Source: an uncultured Planctomycetota bacterium (GTDB taxonomy: Bacteria > Planctomycetota > Planctomycetia > Isosphaerales > Isosphaeraceae). From it: a stretch of 64,000 bases of DNA. The DNA lies in NCBI GenBank assembly GCA_963737655.1, contig CAVTTN010000002.1, forward strand, positions 448,001 through 512,000, read 5' to 3'. The notes under the pieces are model-generated. The model worked only from the letters and a program-made list of their open reading frames with translations. It was not told the origin of the DNA and did not search any database. Shown piece by piece: positions 10,330 to 20,192 of the stretch. Position numbers and translations under genes: made by a program. Each line of letters starts with the position of its first letter. Position 1 is the stretch's first letter.

Positions 10330-10566
10330 AGATTAACCGCCAAGACGCCAAGATCGCCAAGGGCAGAGGAGAGGGAGAGGAGGAGAGGAGGAGAGGAGGA
10401 GTCAGAGAAACAGAGGATCGAAACGCAGATGACGCAGATTTGAAGAATAATGCTTTTTCAGATCTGCGTCATCTGCGTTTCGAACTCTCCTCTTCTCCTC
10501 TTCTCCTCTTCTCCTCTTCTCCCTCTCCTCTGCCCTTGGCGATCTTGGCGTCTTGGCGGTTAATCT
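10330..10566. repeat. 237-bp nested palindrome between convergent genes (REP/MITE-like)
   Basis: 49-bp perfect outer arms AGATTAACCGCCAAGACGCCAAGATCGCCAAGGG...; GA-rich/CT-rich tandem spacers; 22-bp perfect inner arms at 10418-10439 and 10462-10483. Confidence 0.9.
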
Positions 10567-10577
10567 CCCCGCCTCAA

Positions 10578-11105
10578 TCAACGGGCAGGGCGGTCCAGGG
10601 CGGAGGCGAGGGCCTCGGGGTCCTGGCTGCCGATCAGGACCCGGGAGCCGTCGGACAGGACGAGGCGGACGGCGCGATCCCCTCGCGCGGTGAGGATGCG
10701 CTCGCCGTCCTTCGTGGTGCGGACGCCCCAGAAGCCGTGGTCGCGGATCGGCCGGTAGCGGACGATCTCGACCGAGCGGACGGCGTCCAGGGGGAAGGCG
10801 CGGCGGTAGGTCGGGACGATCCCGAACCAGACCCGGCACTCGACCGGGTTGACCTCGGTGGTCATCCTCAGGACGCCGAAGACCAGCATGGGAGGCAGGA
10901 TCAGGCCCACGGCCAGGCTCAGGGGCACGGTCGCCCCGAGGGCACCCGGGGCGGCGGCCGGCTTCGCGCCGGGATCGGCGTGCGACTTCGCCCAGCCGAA
11001 CCAGGCGATCGCCACCATCAGCGCGAGGAGGACGTACAGCCACCAGGCGAAGTATTGCTCCTCGCGGTAGATGGCCGACGGGGGCCGGAGCGTCGCCACG
11101 GACAC
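10578..11105 (-). CDS. Membrane protein, 2 TM plus PH-like domain (DUF6141/bPH-like)
   Basis: YREEQYF...TM...TM...YRPIRDHGFWGVR...LIGSQDPEAL pattern. Confidence 0.7.
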   Translation of the reverse strand: MSVATLRPPSAIYREEQYFAWWLYVLLALMVAIAWFGWAKSHADPGAKPAAAPGALGATVPLSLAVGLILPPMLVFGVLRMTTEVNPVECRVWFGIVPTYRRAFPLDAVRSVEIVRYRPIRDHGFWGVRTTKDGERILTARGDRAVRLVLSDGSRVLIGSQDPEALASALDRPAR

Positions 11106-11108
11106 GGT

Positions 11109-11963
11109 TCAGCCCCCTCCCCACGATGCGGACTTCGAGGCCGTCGCGGTCAGGAGCCTCTCCATCGAGCGAAAGCCCGCGTCGGCGACGGCGAAGGCGT
11201 CGATCTGCCAGAGCTGCGGGTTGAGCAGCTCCAGGGACACGAATCCGTCGTAACCAGACCGCCCGATCGCCTCGACGATCGGCCCGAGCCGAAAGTCCCC
11301 CTCGCCGGGGAAGATCCGGTCGGAGTCGCCGGCCAGCTCGCGAGGCGTCCCGCTGAGGTCGCTCGCCTGGACCCACGCCAGGGTGTCGGGGGAGAGGTAT
11401 TCGAGGTCCTCGAACTTGCTCGGCCCGGTGTAATAATGGAAGAAGTCCAGGCAGACCCCGACGCCCGCCGGGTCGGCCCCGCTCTGGGCGATCAGGGCGA
11501 GCGTGGTATCCAGGCTCGCGCAGAATCTCGCCGTCTTCTGGAATTCCAGGGCCAGGCGCACGCCCTGGGCCTTCGCCAGCTCGCTCGCCTCGGCCAGGGA
11601 CTCCGCGGCCCGGGCGAAGTCGTCATCCGAAGGGTCCGAGACGAAATCGGCCACGACCACGAGCGTCCCGACGCCGAGTTCGTTCAACAGGCCCAATCGC
11701 CGACGGAAGAGCCCCCAGTGTTCCTCGCGAGCCAGCCCTCGCGAGAGCAAGAGCCCGCCCTGAGACGCCGCGGCGACCGCTTCCAGGTCGTTCTCCGAGA
11801 GCAGGGCCCGCGCCTCCTCGACCGAGTGCCGCTCCAGGTATGTTTCGAGCTTCGTCAGCCAGAGCTCGACGGCCAGCCACCCGGCGCGTGCGAGGGCCGG
11901 CAAATCGGCCTCGAACGGGGTGCCCAGGATCGTGGCCTGGCTGATGCAGGGCCTCATCGGCAT
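11109..11963 (-). CDS. Sugar phosphate isomerase/epimerase (xylose isomerase-like TIM barrel)
   Basis: LALEF, CLDFFH, RIFPGEG, GYDGFVSLE motifs. Confidence 0.85.
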   Translation of the reverse strand: MPMRPCISQATILGTPFEADLPALARAGWLAVELWLTKLETYLERHSVEEARALLSENDLEAVAAASQGGLLLSRGLAREEHWGLFRRRLGLLNELGVGTLVVVADFVSDPSDDDFARAAESLAEASELAKAQGVRLALEFQKTARFCASLDTTLALIAQSGADPAGVGVCLDFFHYYTGPSKFEDLEYLSPDTLAWVQASDLSGTPRELAGDSDRIFPGEGDFRLGPIVEAIGRSGYDGFVSLELLNPQLWQIDAFAVADAGFRSMERLLTATASKSASWGGG

Positions 11964-12033
11964 GAGCGTCGGGCGGGCCTCGGCCTGCCGCCTCATCGGG
12001 GGTCGGCAGGCCGGGGCCTGCCCTTCGAGAGCG

Positions 12034-13355
12034 TCATCCCACCAGGTCGCGGATCGCCTGGACCACCCCTTCGGCCGGGACTCGCCACTGCCGGCCGTCG
12101 TCGCGGTCGCGGAAGGTGACGGTTCCGTCCTGCGCCGTCTGGCCGTCCACGGTGATGCCGAACGGCGTCCCGGCCTCGTCCTGGCGACGGTAGCGGCGGC
12201 CGATGGCGCCCTTTTCGTCGTAAAACACGTTGAAGTGCTTGCGCAAATCTTTGTAAATCGCCTCGGCCTTCTCGGGCATGCCGTCCTTCTTCACGAGGGG
12301 GAAGACCGCGGCCTTGATCGGGGCGAGCCGGGGGTGGAATTTCATCACGACCCGGGATTCGCCGCCCATCTCGTCCTCGGTGTACGCCTCGCACAGGAAC
12401 GCGAGCGTCCCGCGGTCGGCCCCGGCCGAGGGCTCGATCACGTGGGGGAGGAATCGCTCCTTCTTCTCCTCGTCGAAGTACGAGAGGTCCTTGCCGCTGA
12501 ACTTCTGGTGCTGCGAGAGGTCGTAATCGCCGCGATGGGCGATCCCTTCCAGCTCGCTCACGCCGAACGGGAACTCGTATTCGATGTCGGCCGTGGCGGT
12601 CGAGTAGAACGCAAGTTCATCCGGGTCGTGGTCGCGAAGCCGGAGCTTCTCCGACTTCAGCCCGTGGCGGACGTACCACTCGAACCGTTCCTTCCGCCAG
12701 TACGCATACCAGTCCTTCGCCTCCTCGGGGCGGCAGAAGAACTCGATCTCCATCTGCTCGAACTCCCGGGAGCGGAACGTGAAATTCCGGGCGCGATCTC
12801 GTTGCGGAAGCTCTTCCCGACCTGAGCGATCCCGAACGGCACCTTCACCCGGCCGGTGTCCACCACGTTCTTGAAGTTCGCAAAGATACCCTGGGCCGTC
12901 TCGGGACGGAGGTAGGCGACCGACGACGCCTCTTCGAGCGCGCCCACGTGCGTCTTGAACATCAAATTGAACGCGCGGGCGGCGGTCAACTGGCACTTCT
13001 CGAACTCGCCCGGGTGCTTCGAGGGCTTGAGAGGGCAGGCGGAGGTGGCGATGTGATCCTCTCGGAAGCGGCCCTTGCAGCCCTCGGTCTTGCAATCGAC
13101 CATCGGGTCGCTGAACCCGCCGACGTGCCCGCTCGCCTCCCAGACCTTGGGATTCATGATGATCGAGCAGTCGATGCCGACCATGTCCTCGCGAGAGCGG
13201 ACGTTGTCGTGCCACCAGGCGTCCTTGATGTTCCTCTTGAGCTCGACGCCGAGCGGCCCGTAGTCCCAGAAGCCGTTGATCCCGCCATAAATCTCGCTCG
13301 ACGGGAAGATGAAACCGCGACGCTTGCAGAGCGAGACCAGCTTGTCCATGTCCAT
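12034..13355 (-). CDS. glyS: Glycine--tRNA ligase (alpha2 type), split by a 1-nt deletion at ~12790
   Basis: [39 protein letters not shown] / [29 protein letters not shown]; adding one C gives NEIAPRNF. Confidence 0.95.
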
Positions 13356-13366
13356 CGGAAGATCCT

Positions 13367-13387
13367 GTTGGGTGCATGCGATGCACC
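13367..13387 (+). repeat. GTAG-type REP-like palindrome GT(T)GGGTGCA-N5-TGCACC, copy 1
   Basis: Matches copies at 16264 and 29733. Confidence 0.6.
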
Positions 13388-13404
13388 GATCGATGCTCCG
13401 GTCG

Positions 13405-14160
13405 TCATCCCGCCCGAACGATCCCGCCCCGTCCGCGATCGAGCTCCGCCACCAATGGGAACCGATCGATCTTCGCCACGTCGAGGAGGTCGGCGGCCAG
13501 GCCGATCTCGCGGACCCTCCGCCCGCCTCGACCCTGACCGAGCAGCTCGGCCAGCGATCCCCCCTCGTCGTCCAGCCGGGTCCGGGCGTCGAGCCACGCC
13601 CAGAGGGCGATCAGCGCCGAGTCGTTGGCCGGGACCCTCGCCGATTTCACCCCGGCCACGATCGCCCCGGCCATCAGCGAATCCTCGAAGCTCACGAGGC
13701 CATCGGTCCCGGCGCAGACGACGTGGAGCGGCCGGGGGTCGTTCACCACGCTCGCCACGGTCGCCGAAAGGTTCGCAAATGATGCGATTCGGACGGTTTC
13801 GGCCGTTTCGCTCGCCAGGATCGCTTTCGTCCCGTTGGTCGTGGTGATGACCACGACCTTGCCGCCGCACGACTCGGGATTATAGGACGACGGCGAGTTG
13901 CCGAAGTCGAATCCGGGGATCGGCAGGCCCTGGCGCTCGCCTCCGAGGACCGCGCGATCGCGGCCGATCTCGTTCGCAACTCTTAGGGCCTCTTCGACTT
14001 CCAAGCAAGGCACGATCCGCTCGCAGCCGGCGGCGAGGGCGGCGATCATGGCCGAGGTGGCGCGGAGGACGTCCAGGACCACGGCCACTCCGCCGGTCAG
14101 GGCGCCGGGCGGGATCAGGCTCGGCAGGAGGTGGACGGTCACGGGGGGTCGATCGCTCAT
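13405..14160 (-). CDS. comB: 2-phosphosulfolactate phosphatase family protein
   Basis: [33 protein letters not shown] motifs. Confidence 0.9.
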   Translation of the reverse strand: MSDRPPVTVHLLPSLIPPGALTGGVAVVLDVLRATSAMIAALAAGCERIVPCLEVEEALRVANEIGRDRAVLGGERQGLPIPGFDFGNSPSSYNPESCGGKVVVITTTNGTKAILASETAETVRIASFANLSATVASVVNDPRPLHVVCAGTDGLVSFEDSLMAGAIVAGVKSARVPANDSALIALWAWLDARTRLDDEGGSLAELLGQGRGGRRVREIGLAADLLDVAKIDRFPLVAELDRGRGGIVRAG

Positions 14161-14366
14161 CCATCGGTCCGGAGCGGTCGCAGAGGGGGCCAGTTCGAGC
14201 CGGATTATCGCACACGGGGACGGGCCGGGGAAGTCCGCCGGGCTGTTCGTCTTCCCCGGGGCGCCCGATTGGGTTAAGTTGCCGGTCCGACCGGGCCGAA
14301 GAATCCGGGGTAAGGCGGCCGATTCGACGACGGGACCGAGGGCCTCGACCTCACCGAGGTGCTAGA

Positions 14367-15151
14367 ATGCGCGAGTCGAAGGGACGCTCGCTTCCGCTCA
14401 GCGGTCCCCGGCGGTTCATCTCCGATTTGGTCCACTTCGCCAAGAAGGTGCCGAGCGTCCCGGTGGCCCGGACCATCGACGTCTCCCGCCTGATCGGCCC
14501 GAGGCGAAGCCACCCCGACCGCCCCTCGTGGGCCGTCCTGTTCATGAAGGCGTATGGCCTGGTCGCCGCCGCGAACCCGCCGTTGCGGCGCGCCCTGCTG
14601 ACCTTCCCCCATGCCCGGCTGTACGAGCATCCGGCGACGGTCTGCGCGCTGGCCCTGGAACGCGAATACCTCGGCGAGGAGAGCATTTTTGTCGGGCTCT
14701 TCCGCGCCCGGAGTGCCAGAGCCTCTCGGAGCTGGACCGGGCGATCTCGTCGTACAAGAAGGATCCCCTGGAGGAGATCGGCTTCTTCCGCCAGGCCCTC
14801 CGCGTGAGCTCGGCCCCGGCGCCGATCCGTCGGTTCTTGTGGTGGAGCACCCTGGCGGTGTCGGGCCCGAAGCGGGCGAAGCGGTTCGGGACGTTCGGCC
14901 TCTCGACCTATGGCTCGCTCGGGGCCGAGAGCCTCCACCCGATCTCTCCGCTGACCACCACGCTGACCTACGGACCCATCGACGACAACGGCCGGGTCTG
15001 CGTGAAGCTGATCTACGATCACCGGGTCCTCGACGGCGCCTTCATCGCCCGGAGGCTCGCCGAGATCGAGGACACCCTGAACGGCGCCATCCTCGACGAG
15101 CTCCAGGCCGGCGCGCCCGCCTCGCTCAAGCTCGTCCCGCCGGCCGCCTGA
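14367..15151 (+). CDS. Stand-alone 2-oxoacid dehydrogenase E2/CAT-like acyltransferase catalytic domain, split by a 1-nt deletion at ~14708
   Basis: GTFGLS and YDHRVLDG motifs; adding one C joins GLFRA-PECQSL. Confidence 0.7.
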
Positions 15152-15162
15152 GAACAGACGGG

Positions 15163-15200
15163 TCCGCCGAGGAATTCCCCGTCAGGAATTCCTCGGCGGA
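15163..15200. terminator. 16-bp perfect hairpin between convergent genes (bidirectional terminator-like)
   Basis: TCCGCCGAGGAATTCC-ccgtca-GGAATTCCTCGGCGGA. Confidence 0.65.
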
Positions 15201-15215
15201 TCGACGATTCTCCGA

Positions 15216-16067
15216 TCAGATCGGCTCGGCCGCTTCCTGGTCGGTGGTGATGCGGACTTCCATCCGGCTCATCAGCTTCTTGAGCTGCTCCTCCTTCTGG
15301 TCGATCCACAGGACGTTGTCCAGGACGATGGCCTTGCGCTCGTTCTGGACGTGGAGGATCAGCCGGCCGGACCGCAACAGGGCGTATTCGAGGATGTCCG
15401 GGATCTCCTTGGCGAAGGTCAGGTTGGTGGTCGGGAACCGCTCCAGGTCGCTGAACGGGCCGTGGTTGTGGAGGATCTCGTTCGGGAGGATCTCGTAGTA
15501 GTCGAGGTAGCGAGACACCCAGATGATCCCGAAGTTGATCAGGATCGCCGTGGCGATCAGCGCGTAGAACGCCGAGTTCGCCACGGCGAACACCCGTTCC
15601 AGGAGGTTCACGACCGAGGGGATCAGGTCGAACCAAACGTTCAGCCACAACAGGAAGAACGTGAGCGCCGCGGCGAGCAGGACGATGGCGATCACCGTGA
15701 ATCTCGGGAAGTCGATCGCCATCACGAGCATGTTGAAGAAGAACACGACCACGAACAGCATCCCAAAGACGTTCTGGGGACTGCTGAAGCGGCGGACCGT
15801 CGGCGCCGGGACGGTGTTGCCCTTCGCGTCGACGACGGTGGCCGGCGCCTTCGGCGCCCCGGCTTCCTCGGCCTTGACCTGCGCCTGGCGCGCCTCGCGC
15901 TTCGGGTCGGTCGTCCGGTCGCCGATGACCGACATCCCCACGGCGCAGATCACCGCGACGGCGAAGGTGGGCCAGATGAAGATGATCTTCGGATAGGTGA
16001 AGATCTTCATGCCCTTATGTTGCATCTGCATCGGCGGGGCGGACGACTTGTTGGCTTCGGTGGACAT
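15216..16067 (-). CDS. Hypothetical multi-pass membrane protein with C-terminal PH-like domain
   Basis: About 4 hydrophobic segments; strong codon bias; start MSTEANK. Confidence 0.75.
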   Translation of the reverse strand: MSTEANKSSAPPMQMQHKGMKIFTYPKIIFIWPTFAVAVICAVGMSVIGDRTTDPKREARQAQVKAEEAGAPKAPATVVDAKGNTVPAPTVRRFSSPQNVFGMLFVVVFFFNMLVMAIDFPRFTVIAIVLLAAALTFFLLWLNVWFDLIPSVVNLLERVFAVANSAFYALIATAILINFGIIWVSRYLDYYEILPNEILHNHGPFSDLERFPTTNLTFAKEIPDILEYALLRSGRLILHVQNERKAIVLDNVLWIDQKEEQLKKLMSRMEVRITTDQEAAEPI

Positions 16068-16263
16068 GGGAGCGAATCTCCGGGATCGGCCCTGAATCGA
16101 GCGAACCGAGGCCCCACCCAGCGAGGCCCATCGGGCGAAGAGGCGTATCGTAACGCCCGTAACCCCTTGGGTAAAGGACCACGAACGCGCCGGAACGCCC
16201 GGCCCGGACAGTCCTTCGCCGCCCGAGCCGGAAAATTCCGATTGACGGGGAACTCGACCACCT

Positions 16264-16284
16264 GTAGGGTGCAAGAAATGCACC
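16264..16284 (+). repeat. GTAG-type REP-like palindrome GTAGGGTGCAAGAAATGCACC, copy 2
   Basis: One mismatch from the reverse complement of 29733-29753. Confidence 0.65.
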
Positions 16285-16353
16285 GGCCTGCCGACCTTCG
16301 ATGCGAAGGGCGAGACGGCGTGTCGGCGTGTGTCCGAGGAAGGAGTCCGGCCC

Positions 16354-18652
16354 ATGCGAATCCGCCCGATCGCCCGGGGAATCTCGATCCTCGCGCTCGC
16401 CCTGTCGGCCGGTTCGGCCTCTCCGGCGGGCGCCGACGGCCCGAAGGCCGGGACCGAGGCCCGCCGACTGCTGGAACAGGTCGTGAAGGCGTACCGAGAC
16501 TCCCCGGGATTCACGGAGACGGGGACGGTCCGCGTCGAGCAGGACGGGCCCTTCACCGCCGATTCCCCGTCGTTCCGCCCCAGTTCTTATGAAGAATCGT
16601 ACTCGCTGAGCCTCTCCCGCCCGAATCTGGTGGACCTCCAGTTGGGCGATCTCCGCCTGATGTCGGACGGCAAGGTCCTGTGGGTCGTGAATCCGAAGTT
16701 CCAATGCTATTTCGCCGGCAAGGCGCCCGCCAAGATCGACCTGGACTTCCTGAGCCAGGAACCCTGGTCGGAGGTCTTCCTCGCGGAACCCTCGAACGCG
16801 GAACTCCACCTCCTGCTCGCCCTGACCTTCTCCGACCAGCCCCTCGAACGCCTCTTCCCGCCCGAGGATTGGCTCGAGGAGGTGCCCGCGGAGGCCGTCC
16901 TCGACGGCAAGCGCGTCCTCGTCCTGCGGTTCCATCGGCGATCCGGGAAGTCCGCACACCTCCCGGGTTCGGGGCTGCTCGTGCTCTCGATCGACCCGGA
17001 TTCGAAACGGATTGCGCAAATCGAGCTCATCCGGCCGCCCTCGCTCGACGCGAATTTCCTCTGTCCCTGGCTCGAGCGCCCGAGCCGCTGACGAGACCCC
17101 GTTCGTTTCGATCCCGCTCGACGCGTTCGTGTTCCTCCCAGGCCCGGTCGATCCCAATCGCGTGGCGCCTCCGATGCCGCCGGCCGGGCCCGATGAGGAA
17201 TTCCTCCGCCCGCCGCCGGGCGGCCCCGATGGCGACGAGCCTCCGATGCCGACGCCCATGATCCCGAGGACGATCTCCACCTCGTGGACATCCCGCGACT
17301 TCCGCCCGGACCGGCCGGCGCCCGACACCTTCGCCCTCGCCGACCGCAAGACCTTCCGGCGACGCAACCGGGCCGAGGACGTCGTCCAGACGATCACCTT
17401 CGAGGCCCTCCAGGGCATCCAGGTCTTCTCGCCCGAAGCACAGATCGCCGCCTGCAACGAGCAAGTGGAGCAGAATCCGCGCGATCCCGCCCCGCTCGTC
17501 AATCGGGCCGGGACGTGGATCAGGCTCGACCAGTTCGACGCGGCCCTCGCCGACATCGATCGCGCCCTGGCGCTCGGGGCGACTCCTGAGGCCCTCCTCC
17601 TCAGGGCGCAGGTATGGACCCGCAGGAACGAGCATGCGAAGGCCCTTGCGGACTACGATGAGGCGATCAAGCTCGACCCGAAATCGTCCGAGGCCCTGGT
17701 GAAGCGGTCCGAGGCGCTGAGTCTCCTGAGGGACTGGAGGCGGGCCTCGGCCGACCTGGATGAGGCCATCCGGATCGGCCCGGAGTCCGCGTCCCTCTTC
17801 GCCCAGAGGGGAACGTGCCGATTCGAGCAGAAGCGATACGACGAGGCCATCGCCGACTACACCCGGGCCCTCGCGATCGACGGAGACACCGCGTATTTGT
17901 TCTACAATCGCGGCCTCGCCGCCCTCCACAAGGAGGACAACATCGGTGCGATCCAGGATTTCGACCGTTGCCTCGACACCGACCCTCTCGAAGACCATGC
18001 CTTCGCGGAGCGTGCCCAAGCGAAGAAAGCGATGGGACGGCTCGATGAGGCGCTCGCCGACTCCGCTCGGGCCGTCGAGCTCAAGCCGGATGACCCGATC
18101 AATCACAAGATCCTCGGCTATGTCCTCGCCGAGAGGGGAGACCACGAGAAGGCCATCCAGGAGTTCTCGACGGCCATCCGGCTCGACCCGACGGACTCCT
18201 CGGCGTTCCTGAACCGGGCCGCCTCCCACGACCATCAGGCTCAGTTCGACGCGGCCTTGGCCGACCTGGACGGGGCCATCCGCCTCGATCCCTCGGCCCA
18301 CGCCCTGGGCCAGAGGGGCGACCTCCTCACCAGGCTCAAGGAAGATGAGAAAGCCATCCCCGACCTCGAAGCGGCCATCCGGAAAAACCCAAAGGACGCT
18401 TTCTCCCTCGCCAGCAAGGGCAAGATCTTCTGCCGGGCGGGCAAGTGCGACGAGGCGATCATTCAATTCTCGGCCGCGCTCCAACTCAACCCGAACCTCC
18501 ACGGAACCCGGTTCAATCGAGGATGCTGCTACGCCGGAGCCGGCGAGATCGACAAGGCCCTCCTCGACTTCGAAACAGTCGCCAGCGAGACGGACGACGA
18601 TTCGCTCCGCCAGCGGGCCGAGGATGAGATCCGCAAGCTCCAGGACCAATGA
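16354..18652 (+). CDS. Secreted LolA/DUF2092-like domain plus multi-TPR protein, probably one gene split at ~17080
   Basis: Signal peptide; LLEQVVKAY...SRPNLV...SDGKVLW...LSIDPDSK in the first ORF; the likely fold-ending W...PAPDTFAL and ~11 TPRs lie in the second frame. Confidence 0.65.
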
Positions 18653-18662
18653 TTCATGTCGT

Positions 18663-18700
18663 CGGGTGGCATGCTTACGAATACATAAGCATGCCACCCG
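18663..18700. repeat. 15-bp perfect inverted repeat CGGGTGGCATGCTTA/TAAGCATGCCACCCG (REP-like or terminator)
   Basis: Directly after the stop at 18652; AT-rich loop. Confidence 0.7.
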
Positions 18701-18739
18701 GAGACTAGCCCTTCGCGGAAGCGGACGCTCGCCCCGTGC

Positions 18740-18768
18740 TTGACACCTCCCGATCCCCGCCGTACCGT
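18740..18768 (+). promoter_or_regulatory. sigma70-type promoter TTGACA-N17-TACCGT
   Basis: Perfect -35 and 17-bp spacer, ~50 bp upstream of the AAA ATPase. Confidence 0.5.
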
Positions 18769-18815
18769 GAATCCGTTCGCCCCGGCCCGTTGATCGATCG
18801 ATTGAGGACCCCGCC

Positions 18816-20192
18816 GTGATGGGCGATCGTGCCATCGAGGCCCTTCGCGAGGCGTTGCTCGTCTCGCCCGAGAACTTGCCCTTGCGCCGTCACCTGGCCG
18901 AGAGCTTGCTCGGGGTCGGTCGGCCCGACCTGGCCGAGGCGGAGTTCCGCGAGGCGATCTCCCGGGCGCCCGAGGATCTCGACCTCAAGAGCGGGCTGGC
19001 CCTGGCGTTCGCCCAGCAGGGCAAGGCGACCCTGGCCCTGGTGATCCTGGAAGACCTGGCGAAGAATCCGGACGCCCCGGGCCGCGCCCTCGTCGCCTTC
19101 GCCCGATTGCTGTTCGGCGCCGGGGACGTCCGCGAGGCCGTCAAGCAGTACCATCGAGGGATCGAGGCCGACCCCTCCGCCTCCGATCGCGAGCTGGCCG
19201 ACCGCCTGGGGATTCGATCCGAGGTCTCGTCCATCGAGGACCACGGCGAGTTCGACGACACCGAGGACGACGTGGTGGAAGGCCGGGTCCGCGCCTCGTG
19301 GGAGGGCCCCGACCCCGGCTCGGCCCTGGAGATCGAGCGGCCGGCGATCCGGTTCGAGGACGTCGGCGGGATGGAGTCGCTGAAGGAGGAGATCCGCCTC
19401 AAGATCATCCTGCCGATGGAGCATCCCGAGCTTTACAAGGCCTACGGCAAGACGGCCGGCGGCGGCGTCCTGCTCTACGGGCCTCCCGGGTGCGGCAAGA
19501 CGCACCTGGCCCGCGCCACCGCCGGGGAGATCCGCTCGGGGTTCCTCTCCGTCGGCCTGAATGACGTCCTGGAGATGTGGATCGGCAACAGCGAGAGGAA
19601 CCTCCACGCCCTGTTCGAGCAGGCCCGCGACCACTCGCCGTGCGTCCTGTTCTTCGACGAGGTGGACGCGCTGGCCGCCAGCCGTTCCGACCTCAAGGCC
19701 AGCGGAGGCCGGCAACTCATCAACCAGTTCCTCTCCGAGCTCGACGGGATCGAGTCGAGGAATGAAGGCGTGCTGATTCTGGCCGCCACGAACGCGCCCT
19801 GGCACCTCGACCCCGCGTTCCGCCGCCCCGGGCGGTTCGACCGCATCCTGTTCGTCCCGCCACCGGACCAGGCCGCCCGCGCCTCGATTTTGAGGCTCCT
19901 GTGCCGGGGGAAGCCGGTCAAGGACGTCGATTTCGACCACCTGGCGAAGAAGACGGACAAGCTCTCGGGCGCGGACCTCAAGGCGGTGGTCGATCAGGCC
20001 GTCGAGAACAAGCTCCGCGAGGCCCTGAAGCTCGGCTCGATCAGCCCGTTGACCACGAAAGACCTGCTGGCGACGGCCTCGACGGTGAAGCCCTCGACCC
20101 GCGAATGGTTCGCGACGGCCCGCAATTACGCCCTCTATTCGAACCAGGGGGGCATCTATGACGACATCCTGGCGTACCTGAAAATCGGATGA
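18816..20192 (+). CDS. TPR plus AAA+ ATPase (CDC48/Vps4-like classical clade)
   Basis: N-terminal TPRs; FEDVGG, GPPGCGKT, MWIG pore loop, FFDEVD, ATNAPWHLDPAFRRPGRFD SRH. Confidence 0.92.
   Translation: MMGDRAIEALREALLVSPENLPLRRHLAESLLGVGRPDLAEAEFREAISRAPEDLDLKSGLALAFAQQGKATLALVILEDLAKNPDAPGRALVAFARLLFGAGDVREAVKQYHRGIEADPSASDRELADRLGIRSEVSSIEDHGEFDDTEDDVVEGRVRASWEGPDPGSALEIERPAIRFEDVGGMESLKEEIRLKIILPMEHPELYKAYGKTAGGGVLLYGPPGCGKTHLARATAGEIRSGFLSVGLNDVLEMWIGNSERNLHALFEQARDHSPCVLFFDEVDALAASRSDLKASGGRQLINQFLSELDGIESRNEGVLILAATNAPWHLDPAFRRPGRFDRILFVPPPDQAARASILRLLCRGKPVKDVDFDHLAKKTDKLSGADLKAVVDQAVENKLREALKLGSISPLTTKDLLATASTVKPSTREWFATARNYALYSNQGGIYDDILAYLKIG

Noticed and set aside
10362..10530. 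GA/CT tandem repeats as a CRISPR array or as ORFs 10402-11376 and 10440-12119
   Set aside because: No repeat-spacer structure and no cas genes; the ORFs are low-complexity read-throughs of the palindrome that overlap real genes
12780..12800. Programmed ribosomal frameshift in glyS or the kdp genes
   Set aside because: No slippery heptamer; the same homopolymer-shortening pattern recurs in unrelated genes, so sequencing error is the simpler explanation
13405..14160. Coenzyme M biosynthesis inferred from comB
   Set aside because: ComB-family phosphatases are widespread in bacteria; no comA/C/D/E in the window
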